From Kiritimatiellia bacterium (GTDB taxonomy: Bacteria > Verrucomicrobiota > Kiritimatiellia > CAIVKH01), in contig JANWZO010000009.1 in assembly GCA_025054615.1 (NCBI GenBank), positions 25,117 through 89,116 on the forward strand: 64,000 bases of DNA, written 5' to 3'. A model generated the notes under the pieces. It saw only the letters and a program-made list of their open reading frames with translations, had not been told where the DNA came from and made no database searches. Below are positions 44,286 to 53,390 of this stretch, in pieces; positions within the stretch are counted from its first letter, which is position 1, and each line of letters begins with the position of its first letter. A program made the position numbers and the translations under genes.

Positions 44286-46190
44286 ATGAGCGGATCGGAA
44301 CAAATCAGGAAGCTGATCAATTTGGGGGATTACTTCAAAAATCCCCTTCAACAAAAGGTGTTCTCCGTGATTGGCGGCGCCGTGGAACGGGCACTGGCCA
44401 TCGATCGGATCAACCAGTTGTACTACACGGTCGCCACGCTGGACGATGATCGGCACTTTCTGGATCGCGTCCTTGACGTCATGAATATCGAGACGAAGGT
44501 CTCGGAATCTGACCTTGATAAGATTCCCCGTTCGGGCCCGTTGGTCGTGGTGGCCAATCATCCGTTTGGTGGAATCGAAGGAATCATCCTCGGTGCCCTT
44601 CTTCGCTCGGTTCGGCCGGATGTCAAATTGATGGCGAATTTTCTGCTGAAGGCTATACCGGATCTCCACGACTCAATGATTTTCGTCGATCCTTTTGACC
44701 GCAAGGAATCGGCCCAAATCAATATGAAGCCGCTGAAGGAGTCGATCCGCTGGCTCAAATCGGGCGGTGTCCTCGGGGTATTCCCGGCGGGCGAGGTGTC
44801 GCACATTGACCTGCGTCGCGGCGGGATCTGCGACCCCGAATGGAGTCCGACGATCGCGCGGCTGATCCGTCTCACCGAATCGCCGGCCCTCCCCGTCTTC
44901 TTCCGCGGCTCGAATAGCCTGGTATTCCAAATACTGGGCCTCGTGCACCCCCGTCTGCGAACCGGGATGCTGCCCCGCGAACTCATCAACAAGAGCAACA
45001 AATCAATTGAGGTGCGGATCGGCACGCTGATTCCTTGGAAGCGTCTGGCTCCGCTGACCGATGACCGCGAGCTGATGGACTATCTTCGGATGCGCACATA
45101 CCATCTTCGGCGCCGCCGGGAGGAAAAAAAACCGATCTTTCGTCGGGCAATTTTTCCGATTCGAATGTTCAAGCCTGAGAAGATGGAGATTGCGCCGCCG
45201 GTCGCGCCCGAGCTTCTGAAGGCGGAAATTGAGCATCTGCCAGACGCAAATCGCCTCGTGGAAAGCGGCGATTTCGCCGTTTATTACGCGGAGGCGGCGA
45301 GACTTCCCAACATATTGCGCGAGATCGGCCGGTTGCGCGAATTGACGTTCCGCGGAGTGGGGGAGGGCACCGGCCAGGCGCTCGATCTGGACCGGTTCGA
45401 CGATTACTACCTTCATGTGTTTGTCTGGAACAGGTCTCGATCCGAAATCGTCGGCGCGTATCGGCTCGGCAAAACCGACGAAATCGTCAGCCGATTGGGC
45501 ATCCGCGGCCTTTACACAAGCACGCTGTTTCGGTACCGGCGTCGATTGTTGGAGCGCCTGGGGCCCGCGCTGGAGATGGGCCGGTCGTTTGTCCGCCCCG
45601 AGTACCAGAAAAATTTCTCCCCCTTGATGCTGCTCTGGAAGGGCATCGCCCTGTTCATCGCCGACCACCCCAAGTACAAAATTCTTTTCGGGCCGGTGAG
45701 CATCAACAACGACTACCAATCCATCTCGCGCCAACTGTTGATTTCCTTCCTAAAGATAAACAACTTTGAGCCCGACCTTGCGAAGCTTGTCCGCGCGCGG
45801 AAGCCGCCACTGACCAACCCCTTCCATGCGTGGCAACTGCGCAGGCACCAGGCCGTGGTGAACGACCTGGAAGAGATCGATTCGCTCATTGCTGATCTCG
45901 AGACGGATCTCAAAGGGATGCCGATTCTTTTGCGTCAGTATCTCCGACTGGGAGGGCGTTTGTTGGGCTTTAATATCGACCCATCTTTTGGGAATTGCCT
46001 CGACGGCCTGATCCTCGTGGATCTCACGGAGACCGACCGAAGCCTGTTGGTCAAATACATGGGCCGGGAAAAGGCCGAACGGTTTCTGGCTTTCCATGGC
46101 ATTCGCCTCCAAATTCCGGATGCGGCGCCTGCGCCCCCCGCCCCGCCATCCGCCAATCACGCACGGACCGCAGGACAGCTTCCTGCGTAG
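44286..46190 (+). CDS. Bifunctional acyltransferase: N-terminal PlsC-like (lysophospholipid acyltransferase) domain plus C-terminal OlsB-like GNAT domain (OlsF-like aminolipid synthase)
   Basis: VVVANHPFGGIEGIIL and VFPAGEVS (acyltransferase blocks). The C-terminal part reads FRGVGEGTGQALDLDRFDDYYLHVFVWNRSRSEIVGAYRLG..GRSFVRPEYQ (OlsB/hemolysin-type N-acyltransferase). Confidence 0.7.
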   Translation: MSGSEQIRKLINLGDYFKNPLQQKVFSVIGGAVERALAIDRINQLYYTVATLDDDRHFLDRVLDVMNIETKVSESDLDKIPRSGPLVVVANHPFGGIEGIILGALLRSVRPDVKLMANFLLKAIPDLHDSMIFVDPFDRKESAQINMKPLKESIRWLKSGGVLGVFPAGEVSHIDLRRGGICDPEWSPTIARLIRLTESPALPVFFRGSNSLVFQILGLVHPRLRTGMLPRELINKSNKSIEVRIGTLIPWKRLAPLTDDRELMDYLRMRTYHLRRRREEKKPIFRRAIFPIRMFKPEKMEIAPPVAPELLKAEIEHLPDANRLVESGDFAVYYAEAARLPNILREIGRLRELTFRGVGEGTGQALDLDRFDDYYLHVFVWNRSRSEIVGAYRLGKTDEIVSRLGIRGLYTSTLFRYRRRLLERLGPALEMGRSFVRPEYQKNFSPLMLLWKGIALFIADHPKYKILFGPVSINNDYQSISRQLLISFLKINNFEPDLAKLVRARKPPLTNPFHAWQLRRHQAVVNDLEEIDSLIADLETDLKGMPILLRQYLRLGGRLLGFNIDPSFGNCLDGLILVDLTETDRSLLVKYMGREKAERFLAFHGIRLQIPDAAPAPPAPPSANHARTAGQLPA

Positions 46191-46261
46191 ACCGCCCCGT
46201 CGGCTGGCAATTCCGTTCCTGTGGACGGTGCGTCGTCCGTCCGCTACGCTTCCATCGCGCC

Positions 46262-47014
46262 ATGAAAATTGTCGCCCATCGGGGCGCCTCCTGGGAGGCC
46301 CCAGAAAACACCATCCCCTCCATCCTCCTCGCCTGGCGGGAGAGAGCGGATGCGGTCGAAATTGATGTTCGCCTCACTGCCGATGGAAAAATCGTTTTGA
46401 TGCATGATGAAACTACGGCTCGCACGTCGAGGGAGTCGCTGGAGGTCGCACGGGTCCGTTGGGACGCACTCAAAACCCTGGACGTGGGCGCTTGGAAAAG
46501 CCCGCGATTCCGTTCCACGCCGATACCTTTGCTACGCGACGTGCTCAAAATGATTCCCGGCGGCCGGCAGCTCTGGATCGAAATCAAGTGCGGGGCGGAA
46601 ATCCTTCCGCCGTTGCGCGACGAAATGGAGGTCCATCGTCTTCCGCCGCAAGCCATCGGATTTCTCGGGTTCAGCCCTTACCTAATGGCGCTCGTGAAAC
46701 AGGCGTTCCCCAGATATTCTGTCTATCTCAATGTGGAACCGCGGGGCGAGGTCGGCGCTCCGGACCCATGGACGGCGGAGCATGTAATCGATCTTGCGCG
46801 GCGACACGGCCTCGATGGCGTGAGTGCCGGCATGTGTGACGCGGTCGACGAGCGATTTATCTCGGAAATTCTAGCGGCCGGACTCGGCCTAATAGTGTGG
46901 GTCGTGGATGATGAACATGTGGCGCTGAAACTCGCGCGGGCGGGTTTGCCCGCCCTGATGACCAACCGGCCGGATTTCCTTCGACACCGCCTGCGAGTCC
47001 ACGGAATCCATTGA
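46262..47014 (+). CDS. Glycerophosphodiester phosphodiesterase (GDPD family)
   Basis: MKIVAHRGASWEAPENTIPS..ADAVEIDVRLTADGKIVLMHDETT. The ORF is nominally open from 45995. Confidence 0.85.
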   Translation: MKIVAHRGASWEAPENTIPSILLAWRERADAVEIDVRLTADGKIVLMHDETTARTSRESLEVARVRWDALKTLDVGAWKSPRFRSTPIPLLRDVLKMIPGGRQLWIEIKCGAEILPPLRDEMEVHRLPPQAIGFLGFSPYLMALVKQAFPRYSVYLNVEPRGEVGAPDPWTAEHVIDLARRHGLDGVSAGMCDAVDERFISEILAAGLGLIVWVVDDEHVALKLARAGLPALMTNRPDFLRHRLRVHGIH

Positions 47015-47820
47015 GAAGCCTCGAGGGACTTGCGGCTCGACTTGAAGCACTTTATGCGGAGTTCAACCGCCCGCTGTTGATTGGCGATGACCCGCTGGGA
47101 TGCGTTCGTCCCTATGCGAATCCCGCCGACCGAGAGGTGGCCGCGCTGGTCGCCGCGGTCTGCGCGTTCGGAAACGTGAAGCAAATTTCCGCAAGCATCC
47201 GTCTGGCCCTTGCCGTATTCGGTCAGCAACCGGCGCAAGCGCTGCGCGACATTTCTGAGGCCGAGCTCGTCCAAGCGCTCGGCGGCTGGCGTCACCGTTG
47301 GGCGAACGGCCGCCACCTCGCGAATCTCCTTATCGCCGCCCGCTCCGCTTCGGAGCGCTACGGATCATTGGGCGCGGCATGGATCCGCGCGCGCCGAGCT
47401 GAGGATGCCGACGCGCATGACACGCTGCAGCGCTGGGTCTTAATGTTGTGTGAATGCGGCCTGCGAAGGGACAACCCGCTGGTGCCCCAGCCGGACCGAG
47501 GGTCCGCCTGCAAACGGCTCCACCTGTTGCTGCGGTGGCTGGTTCGTTGCGATGCGGTGGATCCAGGCGGATGGCCGGATGATCCGAGCCGGCTACTGGT
47601 TCCCCTGGATGTTCACATGCTTCGCATCGCGCGGGCCCTCCGCTTCACCCGAAGAAAGGCTGCCGACCTGAAGGCGGCTCGGGAGGTCACGCGACGCTTC
47701 CGCCTCATCCGCCCGGACGACCCGGTGCGCTATGATTTCGCGCTGACGCGGCTGCCGATCCACCAGCGATGGTCGCTGCCGGAGATTCGTCGCTACCTCC
47801 TCGACGTTGTTCACCGATAG
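47011..47820 (+). CDS. DUF2400 / TIGR02757-family protein (function unknown)
   Basis: DPLGCVRPYANPADREVAALVAAVCAFGNVKQI and LVPLDVHMLRIARAL resemble this family from memory. The TTG start overlaps the upstream stop by 4 nt. Confidence 0.55.
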   Translation: MRSLEGLAARLEALYAEFNRPLLIGDDPLGCVRPYANPADREVAALVAAVCAFGNVKQISASIRLALAVFGQQPAQALRDISEAELVQALGGWRHRWANGRHLANLLIAARSASERYGSLGAAWIRARRAEDADAHDTLQRWVLMLCECGLRRDNPLVPQPDRGSACKRLHLLLRWLVRCDAVDPGGWPDDPSRLLVPLDVHMLRIARALRFTRRKAADLKAAREVTRRFRLIRPDDPVRYDFALTRLPIHQRWSLPEIRRYLLDVVHR

Positions 47821-47905
47821 CGCGCCTGACAGGCCGATGCCGGGGGCCGGGCGATTGACACGCCATCCGCCCTTTGTTAGAGCGCAAACGAATTCGGAGG
47901 CGCTT

Positions 47906-49894
47906 ATGAACACCAAGCATGTCGCCGACATCATTCGTGGTCTCGCCATGGACGGCGTCCAAAAAGCCAATTCAGGACATCCTGGCATGCCGATGGGTAC
48001 GGCCGATTTCGCCGCGGTCCTCTTCCTAAAATTTTTGAAATATTCACCGTCCGATCCGCAGTGGCCGGACCGCGACCGGTTCGTGCAATCGGCAGGCCAT
48101 GGCTCCATGTTGCTGTACAGTCTGCTGCATCTGGCGGGCTACGATATGCCCCTAGACGAATTGAAGCGTTTTCGGCAGTGGGGCAGCCGGACCCCGGGGC
48201 ACCCGGAGGCGCATCTGACACCGGGCGTCGAAACAACAACAGGCCCGCTTGGCCAGGGGTGCGGCAATGCCGTGGGAATGGCGCTTGCGGAGGCGATGCT
48301 GGCGGCCAAGTTCAATCGGCCCGGCCACCGAATCGTCGACCATTACACTTATGTCCTCGCCGGCGACGGCGATCTGATGGAGGGCGTTTCGCATGAGGCC
48401 TTCTCGCTCGCGGGCCATCTCGGGCTTCACAAGCTGATCGTTTTCTACGACAGCAACCGCATCACGATCGAGGGCGAGACCGATCTGGCGTATAGCGATG
48501 ACGTTCGCAAGCGTTTCGAGGGGTATCGCTGGAATGTGCTCGAAATCGACGGACACGACCATGCGGCCATCGAGCAGGCGCTCCATTCAGCCCGGTCCGA
48601 GCGCGAGCGGCCAACCCTGATCATCGGTCACACCACCATCGCAAAAGGCAGCCCGAATATGGCGGGCCACCACGAGGCGCACGGCGCTCCTCTGGGCGTG
48701 GAGGAGGTGAAGGCGACCAAACGGAATCTCGGGCTTCCGGAGGACCAGGAATTTTATATTTCGGACGAGGCCCGAGCCGCATTTGCCACCCGCCGCGAAG
48801 AGGGCGAGGCCGCCCGCAGCCGCTGGCTCGCGGCCTTGGACGCCTATCGCGCCGCTTACCCGGACCTGGCCGCCGAATGGGATGCGGCTATCCGCGGAGA
48901 GGTGCCTCCCGATCTCGAGCAAAAATTGCCGGTCTTCCCAACTGCGAAGCCGATGGCGACCCGTTCGGCCTCCGGCCAGGTCATTCAGGCGCTGGCGAAA
49001 GAGATCCCTCACTTCGTCGGCGGTTCTGCCGATTTGGCGCCCAGCACGGTGACGCTGATCAAGGGGGCGCCATCCGTCGGCCGCCATTCGTATGCGGGCC
49101 GAAATCTCCACTTCGGTGTCCGCGAGCACGGGATGGCGGCTGCGGTGAACGGCATGTGTCTGCATCGCGGGTTCATCTGCTTCGGGGCGACGTTCCTGGT
49201 CTTTTCGGACTACTGCAGGCCCTCCATCCGGCTGGCGGCGCTCACGGAGATTCCCGCGATTTATGTGTTCACGCACGACAGCATCTTCCTCGGCGAGGAC
49301 GGGCCGACGCATCAGCCCGTCGAACACCTAATGTCCCTTCGCGGTATTCCGAACCTCACGTTGATTCGGCCAGCGGATGCCAATGAAACGTCGTATGCGT
49401 GGCTTGCGGCGCTCCACAACCGGCACGGACCTACGCTGCTCGCGCTTTCCCGGCAGAATGTGCCGGTGCTTGATCGAACCGTTTGCGCGCCAGCGTCTGG
49501 CGTGTTGAAGGGAGCTTATGTGCTCTGGGAGTCAGCCCCTGGCGTGCCGGATCTTATCCTGATGGCGAGCGGGTCCGAGGTGGCGCTGGCGTTCGACGCC
49601 GGACGCGCGCTGGCGTCCGAAAGGGGGCTACGGGTGCGCGTTGTAAGCATGCCATCATGGGAACTCTTCGAGAAACAGCCCCCTGAGTATCGGGAGGCGG
49701 TTTTGCCCCGCGCCTGTCTCCGGCGAGTTGCGGTGGAGGCGGGCATCTCCCTGGGGTGGTCGAAGTATGTCGGGGACAGTGGGAAGGTGGTCGGTCTCGA
49801 CCGCTTCGGCGCTTCGGCGCCGGCGGGCGAATTGGCCAAACAGTTCGGATTCACCGCGGCGCGCGTTGCTGAGGTGGCAAAATCCATCCTGTGA
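47906..49894 (+). CDS. tkt: Transketolase
   Basis: IRGLAMDGVQKANSGHPGMPMG, GPLGQGCGNAVGMA, VLAGDGDLMEGVSHEA and GEDGPTHQPVEH. A GGAGG Shine-Dalgarno sequence lies 6 nt upstream of the ATG at 47906. Confidence 0.95.
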   Translation: MNTKHVADIIRGLAMDGVQKANSGHPGMPMGTADFAAVLFLKFLKYSPSDPQWPDRDRFVQSAGHGSMLLYSLLHLAGYDMPLDELKRFRQWGSRTPGHPEAHLTPGVETTTGPLGQGCGNAVGMALAEAMLAAKFNRPGHRIVDHYTYVLAGDGDLMEGVSHEAFSLAGHLGLHKLIVFYDSNRITIEGETDLAYSDDVRKRFEGYRWNVLEIDGHDHAAIEQALHSARSERERPTLIIGHTTIAKGSPNMAGHHEAHGAPLGVEEVKATKRNLGLPEDQEFYISDEARAAFATRREEGEAARSRWLAALDAYRAAYPDLAAEWDAAIRGEVPPDLEQKLPVFPTAKPMATRSASGQVIQALAKEIPHFVGGSADLAPSTVTLIKGAPSVGRHSYAGRNLHFGVREHGMAAAVNGMCLHRGFICFGATFLVFSDYCRPSIRLAALTEIPAIYVFTHDSIFLGEDGPTHQPVEHLMSLRGIPNLTLIRPADANETSYAWLAALHNRHGPTLLALSRQNVPVLDRTVCAPASGVLKGAYVLWESAPGVPDLILMASGSEVALAFDAGRALASERGLRVRVVSMPSWELFEKQPPEYREAVLPRACLRRVAVEAGISLGWSKYVGDSGKVVGLDRFGASAPAGELAKQFGFTAARVAEVAKSIL

Positions 49895-49900
49895 AGTTGT

Positions 49901-50806
49901 GTGATCGACCTGCACATGCATTCGACCTTCTCCGACGGCTCCAAAACGCCGGAGGAGCTGGTCGCTCGCGGATCGGCCCTCGGCCTTCGCGGGATGGCGC
50001 TGACGGATCATGACACGGTATCGGGGGTCGAGCGATTTTTGAACGCCGCGCGAGCGGCAGGCATTCCGGCGGTTTCCGGGGTTGAGGTCAGCGCGCAGTT
50101 AGACGGCGGTTCGGTGCATGTGCTGGGTTACGGCATTGATCCGACCAGCCCCGCACTTCGCGAGGCTCTCGGCTGGATTCGCGAAGGGCGCTCGGAACGA
50201 AACCGTGAAATCATCCACAAATTGAATCGGCTGGGCTTTCGCATCACCGAAGAGGAGGTGGCCGCGGCGGCCGGCGGCGAAGTGGTTGGGCGCCCCCACA
50301 TCGCGGGTGTCCTAGTCCGAAAGGGAATCGTTCATTCGAAGCGGGAGGCGTTCGACCGTTTTCTGGGGAGGGGCAGGCCGGCTTTCGCCGAGAGGCGTCG
50401 CCTCGACCCCGTCTCCACGATCCGACTGATTCGGGAGAGTGGCGGCGTGGCGGTGATCGCCCACCCCTATGCGCTCAAAATGAATCGCCGAGATCTCGCG
50501 GAACTTCTCCGCGAACTCCATAAGGCGGGTTTGACTGGCATCGAAGTGTACTATCCGGAGCATAGCCCGGAGACCGTGCGCGCGTACAGATCACTTGCGG
50601 CCGAAATCGGGCTGTTGGTGACCGGGGGCAGCGACTACCACGGCGAAGCGCCGGCTGAGGACGCGCCAGGCCGGCGGCCGGAACACGTTCATGTGCCCAT
50701 TGAGGTCTGGGAGCCCCTTCTTGCCGCAATCCAGTCAGTTCAGCTCGGGTGCAGACTCGCAAAGCCCTCTGGCCCAGACCCGGAACGACAAACTCCGTCG
50801 CCGTGA
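49901..50806 (+). CDS. PHP-domain phosphoesterase (TrpH/YciV-like)
   Basis: IDLHMHSTFSDGS..ALTDHDT..AHP..GGSDYHG are the PHP metal-ligand motifs. The start codon is GTG. Confidence 0.8.
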   Translation: MIDLHMHSTFSDGSKTPEELVARGSALGLRGMALTDHDTVSGVERFLNAARAAGIPAVSGVEVSAQLDGGSVHVLGYGIDPTSPALREALGWIREGRSERNREIIHKLNRLGFRITEEEVAAAAGGEVVGRPHIAGVLVRKGIVHSKREAFDRFLGRGRPAFAERRRLDPVSTIRLIRESGGVAVIAHPYALKMNRRDLAELLRELHKAGLTGIEVYYPEHSPETVRAYRSLAAEIGLLVTGGSDYHGEAPAEDAPGRRPEHVHVPIEVWEPLLAAIQSVQLGCRLAKPSGPDPERQTPSP

Positions 50807-50884
50807 TAATCTCGCCGCGTGAGGACGTTCGACGGCCCTCGCGAATCCACTCTTCCCAAAGAAGGCCGAACCCCGCCGTTCCGA

Positions 50885-52117
50885 TCAACTGGCGCGGCCG
50901 GAGCTTCGCCTTCTGAGCTCCGCAGCCCACATCCCGATACCGGGTCCGTCCGCTGGGTCGATGCGGAGTGTCCGCAGAACGTGAAACCCGGATTCTCGGC
51001 AGAATCTTTCCGTCACGTCTTCCGTTTCAGTCCGCGTCAGAGAACAGACCGAATAGATGATGCGGCCGCTCTGTGCGAGGTGTTCGGTTGCGGCCTGAAG
51101 CAGAGAGTTTTGGATCCTCGTGTATCTTGGCAGGTCTTCTCGTTTGACGCGAAAACGCCCGTCGGGATTTCGGCTCCAGGTGCCAGTGCCGGAACAGGGA
51201 GCGTCAATCAGGATACCTTGGAAACGATCTTTGAAGCCGGAAATGGGCGAGGTTGCGTCAGCCTGGCGAGCCTGCCAGTTTCGAAACCCTGCGGCGCGCG
51301 CGCGCCGGGCCAAATCTCGCAACGGTTCCGACCTCAGATCGGTGCAGTAAACGAAGGCATGGTCCTGCGTCAGGTCCAGCAAATGGAGCGCTTTGCCGCC
51401 GCCTCCCGCGCACATGTCCCACCAGCGCTCTCCTGAAGCCGGCGCGCAGAAAAGGCCGATTTGCTGGGATGCAAAATCCTGGATTTCCACGTATTGATGC
51501 AGGAGCGGCGCCAGGATGGCGCGCGAACATGCGCCGTCGACCCGGATGGCATTCGCAACTCTCGGATGCTCGCACGCCTCAACGCCCGCTTTCCGAAGCG
51601 CTTCGAGTGCCTCGCGAAGCCGCCCGAACCGCGCCCGGAGCCAGAGCGGAGGGCGGCGCTGCAAGCTTTCGAGGAAGCGAATTCGGAAATGGGGTCTGCC
51701 ATCCTCTGGGATTTCCTCCCAGATCCACGAGGGGACAAGGTCCTCGGGCGGGAACGCACGACCCGGCATCAGTGCTGTCAGCCAATGGGAAAGATCGGAC
51801 AAATCGGCAGACGGGGGCGGCATCGGAGCAAGGTCCGGATTGATCTGTTGCGCCAGTTCCGGCAGGCCGTCGAGCGCGAGCGCAATGGCGAGCCGCGCAG
51901 GAGGGTCATCGATGCAGCGGACCCAGCCGTGCCAGCGGATTTCGGCGAAAATGGCGCTTCGGATCAGGCGGCGGTCGCGGGCTCCGGCGGAGGGTCTGCC
52001 GCGCAACCATTCGGCCAGAGCGGCATCCGCCGGCTGGCCGCACAATAGGGATCGCGCGACGTGATCGCGAGCCTGCATACAGGCCTCAAGCTGGCGCCTG
52101 CGGATTTTTTCGCTCAT
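50885..52117 (-). CDS. rsmB: 16S rRNA (cytosine-C5)-methyltransferase, RsmB/NOL1/NOP2/Sun family
   Basis: WWDMCAGGGGKALHL (SAM motif), ILIDAPCSGTGTWSRNPD and YSVCSL (catalytic Cys residues), with a NusB-like N-terminal region. Confidence 0.8.
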   Translation of the reverse strand: MSEKIRRRQLEACMQARDHVARSLLCGQPADAALAEWLRGRPSAGARDRRLIRSAIFAEIRWHGWVRCIDDPPARLAIALALDGLPELAQQINPDLAPMPPPSADLSDLSHWLTALMPGRAFPPEDLVPSWIWEEIPEDGRPHFRIRFLESLQRRPPLWLRARFGRLREALEALRKAGVEACEHPRVANAIRVDGACSRAILAPLLHQYVEIQDFASQQIGLFCAPASGERWWDMCAGGGGKALHLLDLTQDHAFVYCTDLRSEPLRDLARRARAAGFRNWQARQADATSPISGFKDRFQGILIDAPCSGTGTWSRNPDGRFRVKREDLPRYTRIQNSLLQAATEHLAQSGRIIYSVCSLTRTETEDVTERFCRESGFHVLRTLRIDPADGPGIGMWAAELRRRSSGRAS

Positions 52118-52213
52118 GGACTCATGCTTGCCTCGGGAAGCCGGACTGCCAAGTCCGCGCTTGATCGCGCCTTGCGACCGGCTTAGGGTACGCGCTCATT
52201 TGATGGAGGATTC

Positions 52214-53377
52214 ATGTCGCTCGAACTCGCCTTTTGTCTGATCAACCCTTACACGATCGCGAAATCCCGGACGGGCGGCGTCATTGGGCGCATCATGACA
52301 CGGACCGGCTTGGAATTGGTGGCTGCGCGCATGTTTGGTCCCAGTGAAGAGCTGGTTCGCCGCTATGCCGATCTGGTGCGCCGGGCCCCCGATGTCTCGC
52401 CCCAGGAACGGGATCTGCTGGCGGATTACGTGCTTCGGGCGTATATGCCGGAGCCCGGCACCGACCGGCGTCGTCGCGTGATGATGCTACTCTTTGAAGG
52501 GGAGGATGCGATTGCCAAGGTGCGGGATGCAGTGGGTTCCTTGCGTCCCCATGCCTACTCTGGTGAGACCGTGCGCGACACATACGGCGACTTCATTGTC
52601 GACGAAAGTGGCCGCGTGATTTACCTCGAGCCGGCCGTGATGACCGCCCGGTCCCGTGAGACAGTTGCGGAGGCGCTGCTGCTGTGGGCGTCCTATGCGG
52701 AGTCGGACGGGGGGATTGTGGCGCATGCTCATGACGTGAGCAAGGGCGGCAACGTCCAACAGACACTCGTCATGATTAAGCCTGACAACTTCACCTTCCC
52801 GAGCGTGCGGCCTGGCAGCATCATTGATATTTTTTCGAGGTCGGGTCTGCGAATTATTGCCGCGAAGGTGAACCGCATGTCGGTCGCGCAGGCGGAGGAA
52901 TTTTACGCCCCGGTGCAGCCCGTTCTTCGCCAGAAAATGAAGGCGCTCGTCGCGCAGCGCGGAGGCGACGCACTCGAGCGCGAGATGGGGTTTCCCATTC
53001 CGGAAACAGTCCGGCAGATGATTGGAGAGCAATTGGGCCCCATATACGGCGATATCCAGTTCAACCAGATCATCGAATTCATGACGGGGGTCAATCCGGT
53101 GGGTCTGACTTCCGAACAAAAGAGCCAGCCCGGACGCCACAAGAGCCTCGTGCTGGTGTATTCCGGCGAAAACGCGGTGGAGAAAATCCGAAAGATCCTC
53201 GGGCCCACGGACCCCAGCAAGGCCGAGCCCGGCTCCGTCCGGAAAGAATTCGGGCGGGACATCATGATCAATGCCGCCCACGCCTCCGATTCGCCGGAAA
53301 ACGCTGCCCGCGAGATCCGGATCGTCAAGCCGGAAGAGGATTGGATCCGCTGGTACGCGGAAAAATATTACGGCTGA
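52214..53377 (+). CDS. Two-domain nucleoside-diphosphate-kinase-like protein (degenerate N-terminal NDK fold plus C-terminal NDK domain with an insertion)
   Basis: Domain 1 reads ELAFCLINPYTIAKSRTGGVIGRI..LLFEGEDAIAKVRDAVG..GETVRDTYG, with no catalytic His. Domain 2 reads QQTLVMIKPDNF..IIDIFSRSGLRIIAAKV..AEEFY..[~60 aa]..FMTG..LVLVYSGENAVEKIRKILGPTDP..GSVRKEFG..NAAHASDS. Confidence 0.7.
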   Translation: MSLELAFCLINPYTIAKSRTGGVIGRIMTRTGLELVAARMFGPSEELVRRYADLVRRAPDVSPQERDLLADYVLRAYMPEPGTDRRRRVMMLLFEGEDAIAKVRDAVGSLRPHAYSGETVRDTYGDFIVDESGRVIYLEPAVMTARSRETVAEALLLWASYAESDGGIVAHAHDVSKGGNVQQTLVMIKPDNFTFPSVRPGSIIDIFSRSGLRIIAAKVNRMSVAQAEEFYAPVQPVLRQKMKALVAQRGGDALEREMGFPIPETVRQMIGEQLGPIYGDIQFNQIIEFMTGVNPVGLTSEQKSQPGRHKSLVLVYSGENAVEKIRKILGPTDPSKAEPGSVRKEFGRDIMINAAHASDSPENAAREIRIVKPEEDWIRWYAEKYYG

Positions 53378-53390
53378 ACGAGGAATCGAC

